64,000 nt of DNA from Eledone cirrhosa. Taxonomy: Eukaryota. Position numbers and translations under genes: made by a program. A model generated the notes under the pieces. That model had not been told where the DNA came from. It ran no database searches and saw only the letters and a program-made list of their open reading frames with translations. The stretch's first letter is position 1; each line of letters starts with the position of its first letter. Location: assembly GCA_964016885.1 (NCBI GenBank), contig OZ024741.1, positions 228,780,001-228,844,000 of the forward strand, read 5' to 3'. This document shows, in pieces, positions 41,109 to 56,975 of this stretch.

Positions 41109-41126
41109 TATATATATATATGAATA

Positions 41127-41184
<58 letters not shown>

Positions 41185-41196
41185 AATATATGAATA

Positions 41197-41338
<142 letters not shown>

Positions 41339-41368
41339 TATATATATATATATATATATATATGAATA

Positions 41369-41476
<108 letters not shown>

Positions 41477-41879
41477 TATATATGTATATATATATATATA
41501 CAGGTGCATACATGTACACACCCGCGACTTGTGTGGGTAAATGTTTAACCAACTAAAGCTCCTATATGACTGGAATTAATTTAATTTACCAGGGCGTATT
41601 GATATGCACACGCATATACATATATATATATACACATACTTACAAATACATGGACGGATTGATACACATATACACATGTATATACACTCAATCAATTACA
41701 TATACTTATTTTTATTCATTTGTTGAGACGGCTGTTATTGTAATATAATATATATGTGTATATTTATGTATCTATGTATGTATGTGTGTATGTATGTATG
41801 TGTGTGTGTATGTGTATGTCTGTTTATGTATATATGTATGTATATATATATATATGTCTGTGTGCATAAATATATATAT

Positions 41880-42465
41880 TCTCGAGTCTTACAATTAACC
41901 TGTTAATAATTTTATTGACAGGTTAATTGCGTAAGTTTATTTTAAAAACTACCCGGTTGAGTGCTTATTCGTTTTGTGCTATTTATGCAATTTTTTGCAT
42001 GATTTACACATACTGAATTCATTTGCCAAAATCTGGGAAATTTCCCCTTGTAACTTCCACATGTGCTTTTACGCGGCTCTGTGTCGTTCACAAATTTGGT
42101 TCAAAGCAAAATACCTGTTGATAACGTGATATTCCTTGTTCGATCATTATACCTAAAGCTTATAATTTTAAGCAGACAGTATTTTGATTTAGGTGTCATA
42201 GAAACCCTGCATTTGAATTTTAACGTCAATTTCAATAGGTCCAGGTCTGTGTTTTTTTATCATTTATTTTGTTTTGACCTGTTTAGCTTGATTTGCTTTT
42301 AGGGTTAGGTGGTTAATGCTTTCTTGACCACTCTTTCAGTTTTGTATGGCGTTTTAACATATTGTTTTAGCTCTGGTTTTTTAACTGTGGAGCGCTTGCC
42401 AGCATATTTCTGATTTTTGCGTTTCGTTTCGCTTTTTCTACCCGCCGAAATGCGATTCTCGGTGA

Positions 42466-42470
<5 letters not shown>
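41880..42470 (+). mobile_element. About 590 bp non-coding repeat between (TA)n tracts
   Basis: Homologous to 4122-4710; hairpin CAATTAACCTGT/ACAGGTTAATTG; GTTGAGTGCT at 41956. Confidence 0.6.
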
Positions 42471-42505
<35 letters not shown>

Positions 42506-42522
42506 ATACATATATAGGTGTG

Positions 42523-42564
<42 letters not shown>

Positions 42565-42791
42565 CGTGTGTGTGTGTGTAATAATATATAGCGAGACATA
42601 CAAGTTTGTCCATATATATATCTGTTCATATACATAGACACAAGCAGTCATGTGTAACAACCAAACAGATATACACACTACAAATCAAAAACAAACACAA
42701 AGGGATTTTAAGTGCTTGCTCACCCAGACATATAAGTGATTTAAAATGTATATATATATATTAATATATAATGACACAGGCACGCACATAT

Positions 42792-42882
<91 letters not shown>

Positions 42883-43494
42883 TATATATATGTATATGTG
42901 TTCTGTCAGGCACTCTACCTTCAGCATTAGGTACGCAATTTGAAGCAATGGAAAAGTCGATTTAATCGACTTCACCTCCCCTAAAATTGTTGACCTTGTG
43001 CCTAAAGTAGAAAGAATTATTATTACTGCTACTACTAGGATGGTGAATTAGTAGTGTCGGTAGAGCGTCGGATATCATTCTTTACTGCATATAGTTACGG
43101 CCCTTTACGTTCTAGATTCAAATCACGCGAGGTTATTTTTGCGTTTCATCCTTATGGAGTCGATATGATAAAGTACCAGTAAAACACTGGGTTGATTTAA
43201 TCGTGTTTCCCCTTTCCTTCAAATTGTTTGCCTTATGCCAAAGCTAGACACAATTATTAACTACTACTACTACGAATTGTTATTACTGTTGCTTTTACTA
43301 CGAGTACTACTGCTACCGTTCCTTTACTACGAGTACTACTCCTGCTGCTACTACTAATACTACTGCTGTTATTATCACTAACACTCGCAATCACACACCA
43401 AACTTGGTTGTACAGACTTACTGTTTCTTCTCTCTCTCATTAACAACCGCTACTTCCGCCTTTTCTACCCCTAATACAATGGCCACTAATGACA

Positions 43495-43940
43495 AAGAGC
43501 ATCTGTGATGAAGATGGGACAAGCCGTTCGACCTTGGAAAGGATATTGGAAGAACATGGAACAGTAACTTCTATCTTGGGGGATCCTTGAATAACACAGT
43601 AGAGCCCCCTCCTCTTAAGATGGATCTCTGAAGATCCATCATAAGAAGAGGGGGCTGTATTTTAAGGGATCTGTGAAACCATGGGACAACCTCTTGAGAG
43701 AAATCTCTGAAGAATATAAAGTCCTTCTTTATTGAAAAGGATATGTGCAAAATATGGGACAGCCCATCCTCTATTTCGAGGGATCTGTGAAGTACTAGGA
43801 CAGCCCCGTCTGTATTGTGAGGGATCAGTGAAGTACTAGGACAGGCATTTCTGTATTGGGAGGATGTGTGAAGAACATGGGACAGTCCCTTCTGTCTCAG
43901 ATGACATGAGAAGGGTATAAGACAGCCTAGTGGAGGATCT
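43495..43940. repeat. Degenerate ~41 bp tandem repeat
   Basis: GATCTGTGAAG.AC.TGGGACAGCCC-like unit about 10 times. Confidence 0.75.
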
Positions 43941-43949
43941 ATCCTCGGA

Positions 43950-46266
43950 AGAGAGCTTTCACATATATTATAGACATGGTGGAAAAGGAGAACTGAATGC
44001 GACATCAAAATGCTTAAGAAAGATATTAAGATTCTGGAAACGAAAAAACGGGGTGAATTTAAAAAAAGGGGAAAGATTGAACAACTTACAGGGAAGTACA
44101 ATATCAGGAGAAAGAAAGTTGCTACGGTACTTGAAGAGCTGAAACTAAAGCTACTTGTTAAACTTTAAAGATTAAGAGGTATGAACAACGGACCACGCAT
44201 TATAAACAGAATGTACGTGTCCAACAAAATCAGAAGAGATTCTATCAGGAGGTAAATGGCATGGTTAGGAATGATGATATAAATGCGGATGAAAAGTTTT
44301 GGAGTGATATCTTGCTACTTGAAAAGTAAAAGGAATGTAAGAGGAGAAGCTGGGGAACTAAGGATCAATTGTTGATTGATAAAGGGATCCTTATAGATTT
44401 TTAAAGGCGACACACAATTTTGTCATGGCCGGGATCGATTACTGCAAGGCTTATGACATGGTGCCACATAGTTGGATAGTAGAATGTTTGGAAATGTTTG
44501 GTATTGCATTTATCATTAGCCAGTTACTGTATGGATGGTTAGAAGACTGAGCTGACATCATGTAGACAGACAATGGGAGTTGTGAAGATCAAAAGAGGAA
44601 TATTTCATAGAGACAGTCTTTCACCTTTGTTTTTTGTATGTCTATGGTCCCACTTTCAATGGGGTTGAGAATGTCAAAGGCTAGCTACGAGTGGGGAGGA
44701 CGTGAGTTAAAGATAAACCACCTGTTGTTCGTGGATGACCTAAAACTTTATGGAAAATCCAATGAACATATTGATTCCCTTTTACAGACAGTTCATACAT
44801 TCAGTACGGACATAAATATGGAATTTGGCATAAAAACGTGTGTGGGATGCTACTACTGAAGTGAGATAGAATTAATAAGATGGAAGGAATTGTATTACCA
44901 GACGGACAAGTTATGAATGAAATTGATGACATTGGGTATAAGTACTTAGGCACCATGAAAGAAAACCAAATGAAAGAGAAGGAAATGAAAATACTATTAT
45001 TAAAGGAATATAAACAGTGACTGAAGTTGGTGTTAAAGACGAAGTTAAGTGGTAGGAATAAGATACTGGCTATCACACATGGGCTGTTGTAGCATTAACG
45101 TAAATCATTGGTGTGATAGAGGGGAATGTGATGAACTTAAGGAGCTTAATAGAAAAACCAGGAAAATGATGACACTACAAGGTGCTATACACCCTAAAAA
45201 TGACATGGACAGGTTGTACCTATCACGACAGAGAGAAAAAAGAGGTCTCATTAGCTGTGAAATGTATGTGAAGTCGGATGAAAATAATCTGGCATGGTAT
45301 GTAAAGAATTCAAAGGAGATATTGATGGCAGGAGTAAGAAAGATGAAGGTCATAAGCAGTTATGAATCAAAGGAAAGGGGGGAATTTAACCATGACACCT
45401 TGATGGAAGAAAAAAAATACATGGTCAATCCTTGCGTGAAATGCCTGAGACAGTTGACAAAGATAAGAACTGGGAATGGACTAGGAAAAGCGATTAGAAA
45501 GTTAAACCTGAAGCCCTTATTTTCGCACCCAGGAACAGGCACTAAGACAAGTCCAATATTGACAAGTCAGTGAATTCCTCACATTGTAGGTTGTGTGGTG
45601 AGAAAGATGACACAATAAACCACAGAGGGTCCGACGCCATAAACAATTATTAGTGAATGTAAGATGCTTGCTCAGAAAGAGTACAAGAGAAGTCACAGCA
45701 TTGCCAGATTGGTTCATTTGAAGCTCTGTCATAAGTAGGACATGAGCAGAAGTGAGAAATGGTATAAATACCAACCGGAAAGGGTGGTTGAAAATGAACA
45801 GTATAAGATCTCGTGTGACATCACTGTCCAGTGTGACTATTTTATCGGGGCTAGAAAGCCTGAGATTATTATCGTAAAAAAGAACAAGGCAAGTATTATG
45901 GATATTGCTTCACCGTGGGACCACAGGGTGAATGAGAAGGAAAGGGAGAAAGTTGAGAAATACCAGGAGCGAAAGAGGAAAATCAGGAAACTGTGGAGAA
46001 TCAGACACCTAGAAGTGGTACTGAGTGTGGTTGTGCACTGGGAGAAGTCTTAAAAAGGTTAAATGCATGGCTTGAGAAGCTAGGAACTACGATCACGACG
46101 GGATTGTTGTTGAAAATAGGCTTGCTAGGAACAACAAAGATCCTAAGGATTGGGGGGGGGGGTACAGAAAGTTGAAGGAGAAGGAATGACCCAATGGACT
46201 TTTGGCCATTGGCTATGTCTTGTTCTTTTGGTATAGTGTTGGTATAACATCTGCTAGAGCAAAAGC

Positions 46267-46270
<4 letters not shown>
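43950..46270 (+). mobile_element. Decayed R4/Dong-like restriction-like-endonuclease LINE ending at (TAA)n
   Basis: IDYCKAYDMVPHSWI; KRGIFHRDSLSPL; INHLLFVDDLKLY; YKYLG; RLYLSR..RGL; ARKPEIII..IMDIASPWD..EKVEKY; many stops and frameshifts. Confidence 0.88.
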
Positions 46271-46302
<32 letters not shown>

Positions 46303-46305
<3 letters not shown>

Positions 46306-46483
46306 TGTTTCTGCTTTAGGCACAAGGCCAGCAAGTACCCAGTGCATTACTGGTACTATATTTTATCGACCCCGTAAGGATGAAAGGCAAAGCCAACCTC
46401 GGCGGGATTTGAACTCGGATCGTAAAGGGACGTAACTATGCTGGAAAGCATGGCGTCCGACCCTCTACCGATACTACCAATCC
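46303..46483 (-). mobile_element. SINE family 1
   Basis: Family consensus; tail-to-tail with the LINE across (TAA)n. Confidence 0.9.
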
Positions 46484-46668
46484 AATAGTTTCTGATTTAG
46501 ACACAAGGCCAACAATTTTGGTGAGTGAGGATAGTCGGATTAAATCGACTAGTAATACAATAGTAACATCAGTAAAAGACATTAACAATAACAACAACAA
46601 TAGCAAATTAATCCAAAATGCTAAACACAAAATAGTATACAATACATCGGACATACATAGATACATAT

Positions 46669-46719
<51 letters not shown>

Positions 46720-47139
46720 TATGCGTGTGTATCTGTATGAGTGAGTGTATGTGTGCATACATATACACTCACACACATACTGTATATATATGTGTATATA
46801 TATGTATATATATATATATACATGTGTGTGTGTGTGTGTGTGCGCGCGCGCGCGCGTGCGTGTGTGTGTATATATACACACACACTCACACACATATATA
46901 TATATACACACACTCATACATGCACACACGCACACTTACGCAATATCACGTATACATGTATATACCACTTATAGCACTTACAACACTTACTGACAACAGC
47001 AGTCTCTCGACCTGCTAAGAATAACTGCCAAATTTCCCTTAAATCCCGCACAAACATCATAAAAAATCTTGTTCATACAAAAACATGGGATGGTCATGGC
47101 TGGAATGCTTGCGCTCAAAGATCTGCTTAATTAGAGCTA

Positions 47140-47930
47140 AACAGAACTAGAACTAAACAGCAAGAACACAACAATCACAACTAGAACAGCAACAGTAACA
47201 ACAACATAACTATCACTGCCACAACTATAGCAGCAGCAGCAGCAGCAGCACGAACAACATAAACCAGTATGACAAATAAATAACAACTTTAATGACAGCA
47301 ATGACTGTAAGAACAGCCATTAACAACAGCGGTGGCAACAACAATCGTAACATCGATAACAGTCTTAACATCAACAACAATAGCAACATCGTTAAGTTTT
47401 AACATCAACAACAACAACAATAGCAACGTCGTTAACAGACTTAACAGCAACAACAACAATTGCAACCAGGTTAACAAGTCTTAACAACAACAATAACAAC
47501 ATCGATAACAGTCTTAACAACAACAGCAATAGCAACAAGGATAACAGTCTTAACAGCAACAATAGCAACATCGTTAAGTTTTAACAACAACAATAGCAAC
47601 AACAATAAGTCTTAACAGCAACAACAATAGCAACGGCGTTAACACTCTTAACAGCAACAGTGATAGCAATAACGCTAACAGTCTTAACAGCAACAGCAAT
47701 AGCAACAGCGTTAACAGCCTTAACAACAACAATAACAACATCGTTAAGTTTTAACAACAACAATAGCAACATCGTTAAATCTTAACAACAACAAAAATAA
47801 CAACAACAAAAATAACAACAACGTTAACAGTCTGAACAGCAACAACAACAATCACCAACATCGATAACAGTTTTAAAAACAATAGCAACAACGTTAACAG
47901 CCTTAAACAACAACAAGAAGAGCAACTAGA
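47140..47930. repeat. (AAC)-derived minisatellite
   Basis: AACAGTCTTAACAGCAACAACAATAGCAACATCGTT-like units. Confidence 0.85.
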
Positions 47931-48154
47931 GGGATGATGGTGGTGATGACGAGGCTGTTTAAGGTTTGGGGTGAAGCAGTTTGATCAAAAAAGTCACTTC
48001 CCACAGATGACTACAGCCGAGGTTTACCACTCTCTCGGCTCTAGCAGTCAACGTAAGTGTATATAAAACTTTATATATATAACATTTATACTTATAATAG
48101 AGACACACACATACATGATATACATACATACGTGCATACATACATATATACATA

Positions 48155-48673
48155 TATACATACTTATAGATACATTCATTTATGAATATATACATACATG
48201 TATATGTATTTACATTTATATGTACATACTTATAGATACATTCCTTTATGAATATATACATACATGTATATGTATGTATATGTATTTACATTTATATGTA
48301 TATATATATATATATATGGATATACATATATGTATGTACACATGTATATACATACATACTTATAGATACATTCATTTATGAATATATACATACATGTATA
48401 TGTATGTATATGTATTTACATTTATATGTATATATATATATATGGATATACATATATGTATGTACACATGTATATACATACATACTTATAGATACATTCA
48501 TTTATGAATATATACATACATGTATATGTATGTATATGTATTTACATTTATATGTATATATATATATATGGATATACATATATGTATGTACGCATGTATA
48601 TACATACATACTTATAGATACATTCATTTATGAATATATACATACATGTATATGTATGTATATGTATTTACAT

Positions 48674-48705
<32 letters not shown>

Positions 48706-49260
48706 GGATATAAATATATGTATGTACACATGTATATACATACATACTTATAGATACATTCATTTATGAATATATACATACATGTATATGTATGTATATG
48801 TATTTACATTTATATGTATATATATATATATATATATATGGATATACATATATGTATGTACACATGTATATACATACATACTTATAGATACATTCATTTA
48901 TGAATATATACATACATGTATATGTATGTATATGTATTTACATTTATATGAATATACATATATATATGGATATACATATATGTATGTACACATGTATATA
49001 CATACATACTTATAGATACATTCATTTATGAATATATACATACATGTATATGTATGTATATGTATTTACATTTATATATATATATATATATATATATGGA
49101 TATACATATATGTATGTACACATGTATATACATACATACTTATAGATACATTCATTTATGAATATATACATACATGTATATGTATGTATATGTATTTACA
49201 TTTATATGTATATATATATATATGGATATACATATATGTATGTACACATGTATATACAGA
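48155..49260. repeat. About 126-136 bp TA-derived satellite, ~8 copies
   Basis: CATACTTATAGATACATTCATTTATGAATATATACATACATG recurring at ~48355, 48481, 48607, 48743, 48877, 49005, 49135. Confidence 0.92.
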
Positions 49261-49272
49261 TATGTATATACA

Positions 49273-49375
<103 letters not shown>

Positions 49376-49380
49376 GTATG

Positions 49381-49414
<34 letters not shown>

Positions 49415-49483
49415 TATGTAAAAACATTTATACATACATATAATAGAGACACACATAATATACATACGTATATACATACATAC

Positions 49484-49525
<42 letters not shown>

Positions 49526-49720
49526 GGTGTGTGTGAATATATATACATATATACACATATACATACAAATAATAAATATATATGTATATATATATGCATA
49601 TATATATATATATATATGCATATATATATGTGTGTGTATGCACATGTTTATGTATTGCAGATAATGGGTAAATTTTGGTATATAGTCTTAACGACATATG
49701 TAAATGTGTGCCCATGGGTG

Positions 49721-49760
<40 letters not shown>

Positions 49761-50702
49761 CGTGTGTAGGTGCCTGCACACATGTATACGTTTGTGTGTG
49801 TGCGTGAACGTATATAGTAGATTGTCCGTATTTCATAAATATTAATTCCGCACACACGCAAACACGCTCAAACATATATACATAAACGTATACATTATAT
49901 GTATACATGTTATGTATACATTATATGTATACATTATATATATATATATATGTATATATATATGTATATATGTGTACACACACACACACATACACACACA
50001 CGCACACACATATATATATATATATGTGTGTGTATGTGTGTGTGTGTATATAACTTTGATAGGTTTCGGAGATATTTATGGTGAAATACATACATACCTC
50101 TATTCCTACACATATACACCACATACACTCACACACACGCCACACATATATATATATATATAATTATACACATATACATATATATTCATACATAAATGTG
50201 TATGTCTATATATGTGTTTAAATATGTCTGATTACCTAGAGTGTGCGTGTATGTGTCAGTATATATAAATGCACACTTATGTACATACATTCATACATAC
50301 CATACATACCATACATACATACATACATACATACATACATACATACATACATACATACAAAAGCTGTCATGTTGTAATCTCAAGTCATCCGTGATGAAGG
50401 TGACCGTTCTATCATTTATTTGTTTATAGATATTTTGGAAATAACATAATGTAAGACTGCCTGATTTAGGACAGTTTTGTGACAGTTGTGCTGCTATTTC
50501 TAGCAGTTTGTGAGACCACGTAGCAACTCCCTTACTTAGTAGACACACACCCCCAGAGAGAGAGAGAGATATGTGTGCGCGTATATAAATATATATAAAG
50601 AGAAAGAGTCAGGTAGGTAGATAGCTAGCCATACGTCAACCTGATATTCGAATTATTTCTGGAGCACTTTTATGATAAATTCCTCACTTTTTACGTTTTA
50701 AA

Positions 50703-50789
<87 letters not shown>

Positions 50790-50995
50790 GAATAATATTA
50801 TTTATACTTATATATACACTATATATAATTATGAACAGGAAAGGTCAGTAATTCATTACCACCTTATTACCAGTAAGAAAAATAGCTCAATGTAAATACA
50901 TCAGATGTTTTACAGAGCAGGAATATAAATTACAGAATAATCAAAACTATGTTCAAAACATTTTGTTTTGAACATAGTTTTGATTATATATATAC

Positions 50996-51049
<54 letters not shown>

Positions 51050-51054
<5 letters not shown>

Positions 51055-51270
51055 AACAAGTTATACCCCGACGGCTGAGCTCAAGCCGTTTCGACGGCTA
51101 ATTCTGGACTGCTAATTCTGGACGGCTAATTCCGTCCAGAATTAGCCGTCGAAACGGCTTGAGCTCAGCCGTCGGGGTCTTACTTGTTCCTATTACCCAC
51201 TCTACTACCCTAAGTATTGAGCACTTTGGTGCGTTATGGTCCACCTGGTTCCTTACCACATTTCCTTCGT

Positions 51271-51272
<2 letters not shown>
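51050..51272 (+). mobile_element. Family B pLTR fold-back
   Basis: Palindrome with short junction duplications (GCTAATTCTGGAC); GAAA at 51151, GTC at 51171, TTGAGCACT at 51217; other copies at 39435-39555, 56985-57179 and 63113-63215. Confidence 0.85.
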
Positions 51273-51303
<31 letters not shown>

Positions 51304-51784
51304 GTATATATTTATTTATTTCACGTGCTCCAGTTCATTCAGCTGTAGAAATGATTTACGACTTCACTGGTGCCAAACTGTGTCGGCTTTTGCCTGGACA
51401 ACATCGGTGACGTACAGAGGGGGAGACTGGAATGCATGGGCGACTACTTGATCCCACTAACAACCTTACCCGGACTTCTGCCTCGGAGGGGAATTTTATA
51501 GGTCCAAATCTCATGGTCATTCTCTCTCACTCTCTTAGCCTCTCTCTCTCTCTATCTCTTACTCTCTCTCTCACTATCTCTATCTCTCTCTCTCTCTCTC
51601 AATATTAACCTCATTTCTTTACATTTTTCTTCCTCTTTCTGCTCGTGTCCTTGTTTATGTACATATTTTCTAGTTTTCGTTTCTCTCTCCCCTTTTCCCT
51701 TTTCTCGCTCTCTTTATCAGTCTATCTGTATATCTATCCATCCATATCTATATCTATTTATCTATCTATCCATCTACATATATG

Positions 51785-51833
<49 letters not shown>

Positions 51834-51964
51834 TTATTTATTTATTAAAATAGCAGATTAAAGTTTAAGCAAAGAATCGCTGCTTTCACCTTTAACGGTT
51901 CTTATATATTTGATAGATATTTATCCTTATCGAGCCCTCTTTGGATTTTAGTCTTCAAATGTAT

Positions 51965-52037
<73 letters not shown>

Positions 52038-52347
52038 TACATTAACATAGAAAGCTTTAAGCGATACACTGACCAACACCATCTCACTCAACAAACATTA
52101 GGATATACCTAAGTATAATCCCAATTAAGTGTTTGGGGTGCTAACTATATAGTATTCCGTGGAAAATTGGTTGCATTATTTTATATGAGACATAATTAAA
52201 TAAATCTCTCTTTCTTTCCATACGATCGTTTCGTTATGAAATTTCTACAAGTTGGGATAAATAATGTCCAAGTTATGTAGAAACTTGTATATAAACCATA
52301 TATATATATATATGTATATAATCCATATATATATATATATGTATATA

Positions 52348-52387
<40 letters not shown>

Positions 52388-52412
52388 TACATATATTGAT
52401 ATATATTATTAT

Positions 52413-52726
<314 letters not shown>

Positions 52727-52738
52727 TGATATATATTA

Positions 52739-52956
52739 TGAAGGCGTGTGGCTGAGTGGTTAGAGTATTGGATTCACAATCGTGAGGTTGTGAGTTCGAT
52801 TCCTGAACCAGGCGATGCGTTATGTCCTTGAGCAAGACACTTTATTTCACGTTGCTCCTTCTACCTGGAGTTGCGACCGATAGATAGTATTAGCAATTGG
52901 AAAGACCAACGGAAACATAGTTTCCTCGGTCCGATTTGACGAAAGTCGATCGACTA

Positions 52957-52958
<2 letters not shown>
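52739..52958 (+). mobile_element. SINE family 2, full length
   Basis: Family consensus; TATACATATACATATTGATATATTAT occurs on both sides. Confidence 0.88.
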
Positions 52959-53004
<46 letters not shown>

Positions 53005-53011
53005 TGATATA

Positions 53012-53068
<57 letters not shown>

Positions 53069-53231
53069 GTTTACATATATATATATATATATAAAGTCAT
53101 AGATATATATGTGTTTTGCAACGGGTCACTTTGTGGCTCAATGAAGAATTAATAAATTAAATAATCAGAGCTATATATCATAAAACATGTCTATAGAATC
53201 ACCAGATAAAATATATACCGTTTCCTCTCCC

Positions 53232-53414
53232 AATTAGCATAATTAACCATATACAAATCAATTAGACCAAGTTATAAGAATAAAGGCACCTATGAAGAAA
53301 TCTCCGACAAATAACCGAAAGCAGGCCCTTCGCGAAGGGCCTATGATTTCTTCATATGCGCCTTTATTCTTATAACTTGGTCTAATTGATTTGTATATGG
53401 TTAATTATGCTAAT
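53232..53414. repeat. Fold-back element
   Basis: ATTAGCATAATTAACCATATACAAATCAATTAGACC...AGGCCCTTCGCGAAGGGCCT...GGTCTAATTGATTTGTATATGGTTAATTATGCTAAT. Confidence 0.85.
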
Positions 53415-53449
53415 ATATATATATATATACATATATACACACACACAAT

Positions 53450-53623
<174 letters not shown>

Positions 53624-53628
53624 CCTTC

Positions 53629-53661
<33 letters not shown>

Positions 53662-53665
<4 letters not shown>

Positions 53666-53856
53666 TTAATATAGATGAGATTCTACAGGACTAGAACTGT
53701 TTCATTCATTAGAAATCATCAGGAGATTCCTGATGATTTCTAATGAATGAAACAGTTCTAGTCCTGTAGAATCTCATCTATATTAAAACTGTTATACTCT
53801 GCTATGTATTGAGTACCTTACTGACTGTGGTTACCTCCGATTCAACCCGGAATAAC

Positions 53857-53860
<4 letters not shown>
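53662..53860 (+). mobile_element. Family I pLTR fold-back with intact hammerhead (53723-53775)
   Basis: Axis at 53726; GAGATTC-CTGATGA-tTTC taat GAAt-GAAA-CAG ttctagtc CTG-TA-GAATCTC; tail TACTC...TTGAGTACC. Confidence 0.85.
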
Positions 53861-53929
<69 letters not shown>

Positions 53930-53930
53930 T

Positions 53931-53996
<66 letters not shown>

Positions 53997-54162
53997 TATG
54001 TAGGAGGTGAGTTTTATTGTAGCATAATAAAGCAATGCAAATATCGGATAAGTAGCACTCTACAGTTTGTAGGCCTAGAGTATAAATAATATAAGATCAA
54101 AATATGTTGATTTAAAACTTCACTAATCACAAGTGTTTTTTAAGCTTCATATCATGTCTCCC

Positions 54163-54233
54163 TATTTTATCTGATGAGAACGCAGATATCATCCCATGAT
54201 GATATTTGTTTTTGAAATGCACATAATAAAATA
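54163..54233 (+). ncRNA. Type I hammerhead
   Basis: TATTTTAT-CTGATGA-gaacGCAGATATCATC ccat GATGATATTTGT tttt-GAAA-TGCACATA-ATAAAATA. Confidence 0.8.
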
Positions 54234-54263
54234 CTTGGAACTCTTTTAACCATCTTTTGTTCT

Positions 54264-54331
<68 letters not shown>

Positions 54332-54441
54332 CATTTAATCCCGTTTTGAATTGGGGGTATGTATACATATATATATACTGTGTGTATATATATCAGTTAT
54401 AAACTTTTAAGTCTGTTGGAATCCCAACAAATTAAATATAA

Positions 54442-54644
<203 letters not shown>

Positions 54645-54947
54645 CGAAAAATAAAAGTTACGGGCGAAAGAGGGGAATATCCATCGTCAGTTGTCCGCGT
54701 TTATTTATATATATATCCATATGTAAAAGTGTGTATGTGTGCGCCCGCTTCTATGCTTCGATGTGTACAAAATATATCGAGACCATTTGGGCTCAGGTTA
54801 CTAAGGTGCTGACCTAATACAGGATTATGTGAAAGACTGACAACTTTCCTCCAGGATACACCTACAATCAACACCAGTGAATGTGTCTATAACTATTGTT
54901 AGTCAAGTACATACGACAGGACATGTATAATATATATATATACATAT

Positions 54948-55044
<97 letters not shown>

Positions 55045-55096
55045 CACATATATACATATATATATATATATACACACATATATATATATAGTGAGA

Positions 55097-55158
<62 letters not shown>

Positions 55159-55553
55159 TAGATAGGTAGATACTTATTTCATCTGATTAAGGAGCTAGAC
55201 GTTTCTGTTAGAGTCGTGTAATTTCATGAAACCTTAGGTAATGGAATAATTATATTGTGTTGTTTATTATATAATTAAATAGCTCTGTACTATACATAGA
55301 GCACTCTTCTTTCCTTTACCTTTTCTACAAAATACATAACATATATATATATATATATATATTTATTAAAATAACAGATTAAAGTTTAAGCAAAGAATCG
55401 CTGATTTCACCCTTAAAGGGATCTGTTATTTGAATAAATATTTATTCTAGGGTTCTTATATATTTATCCTTATCGAGCCCTCTTCGGATTTTAGTCTTCA
55501 CATTTATTATTATATATATATATGTATATATATATGTATATATTATGTATAAT

Positions 55554-55915
55554 GTACTGTGCTGTTTTTTTCAGTACGTCCTCATCAGACAAAATATATG
55601 ATTTGATATATGAGATACCGCTACGGTCTTGATTATTCAATTCCCGGAATTGAATGATCAAGATCGTAGTGGTATGTCATATATCAGATCATATATTTTG
55701 TCTGATGAGGACGTACTGAAAAAAACAGCACAGTACCTTTGAAATATATATAATAAAGTATATATTTTGATTATGCGAATACTTTTCAGTTGTATAACAT
55801 TTTGAATAATGTTAAAAACTCCAGGAGAACTTTCTCGTTGAATGCTTCTAATCTATTGTAAAACTGTATTCGTTGAGTAATCAACGAACCATATTAATCT
55901 TTGGTTATATATGTG
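55554..55915 (+). mobile_element. Family F-like pLTR fold-back with intact hammerhead (55691-55763)
   Basis: Axis ~55645; ATATATTTTGT-CTGATGA-ggacGTACTG...CAGTAC-cttt-GAAA-TATATATA-ATAAAGTATAT. Confidence 0.85.
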
Positions 55916-55961
55916 TATATATAGAATAGAAATCGAAAAATCAGTGATGCATCTGAACTCA

Positions 55962-55998
<37 letters not shown>

Positions 55999-56050
55999 TG
56001 TGTGTGTGTATGTGAAAGCTAAACAGAAATAACATCGTTTCGGACGCTAG

Positions 56051-56086
56051 TCTTAACGTTTCGGACGCTAGTCCTTCACCAGAAGA
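56051..56086 (-). ncRNA. Minimal type I hammerhead, A6G variant
   Basis: Reverse complement TCTT-CTGGTGA-aGGAC tagc GTCC-GAAA-CGTT-AAGA; palindromic ACGT. Confidence 0.65.
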
Positions 56087-56316
56087 AAGAATGAGAAATA
56101 AAATAGATTAAGGGGACGGCCGAGATGGAATTGGAAAACATGTCTTTAGATAAAAATAATAGATCCATTCATGTTGACATCTGTTGCAAAAAATCAGAAA
56201 ATTATTTGTCTCTAACATAGTCGGACATCTCATTGAAAATATGAAATATCCACTCGGAGAAGCAATCTATTTTAGTTTAACTTATATTCCACCAATCGAG
56301 ATTTTGAGTTTTATAT

Positions 56317-56406
<90 letters not shown>

Positions 56407-56413
<7 letters not shown>

Positions 56414-56791
56414 TAAAAAAATAATGAATAAAACAATGAAACAGTTCCTTATATTAAACAAAAAAAGTTCATTATTTAACAATCGTTTCTAGGACATATA
56501 TGTGTTAGAATTGGCATGCATATTCAAAAGATCTATGTACAAAATTATACAAACTATCAAAGAGAATATACATACCAACACATATATATGCTGTCTTCTG
56601 AAGACAGCATATATATGTGTTGGTATGTATATTCTCTTTGATAGTTTGTATAATTTTGTACATAGATCTTTTGAATATGCATGCCAATTCTAACACATAT
56701 ATGTCCTAGAAACGTATGTTAAATAATGAACTTTCTTTGTTTAATATAAGGAACTGTTTCATTGTTTTATTCATTATTTTTTAAATATTTT
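56407..56791. repeat. Near-perfect 385 bp palindrome centred in a hammerhead CTGAAGA core
   Basis: Axis T at 56599 (mirror ORFs 56502-56693 and 56505-56696); CTGAAGA 56598-56604, domain II closed by CATATA..TGTGTTGG/CTAACACATATATG, GAAA at 56709. Confidence 0.92.
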
Positions 56792-56924
56792 ATCTTGACT
56801 CTGTATTCCGTTTATCTTTCACCGAAAGTGATCTCTTCTTTCCATGATATCCGGATTACATTGAGTTCTTCATACGGATTGGACACTACCGTAAACTTTT
56901 GGTAGATTTATCTACACATATATA

Positions 56925-56975
<51 letters not shown>

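Noticed and set aside
43495-43940. CRISPR-like ~41 bp periodicity and the 176 aa ORF 43571-44101
   Set aside because: Degenerate tandem repeat without invariant repeats or unique spacers; the ORF has no recognisable motif
55177-55231. TTTCAT-CTGATTA...ATGAAA hammerhead-like remnant
   Set aside because: No GAAA or helix III; too degenerate to call
56502-56696. Pair of near-identical 63 aa ORFs on opposite strands
   Set aside because: Direct consequence of the DNA palindrome, not genes
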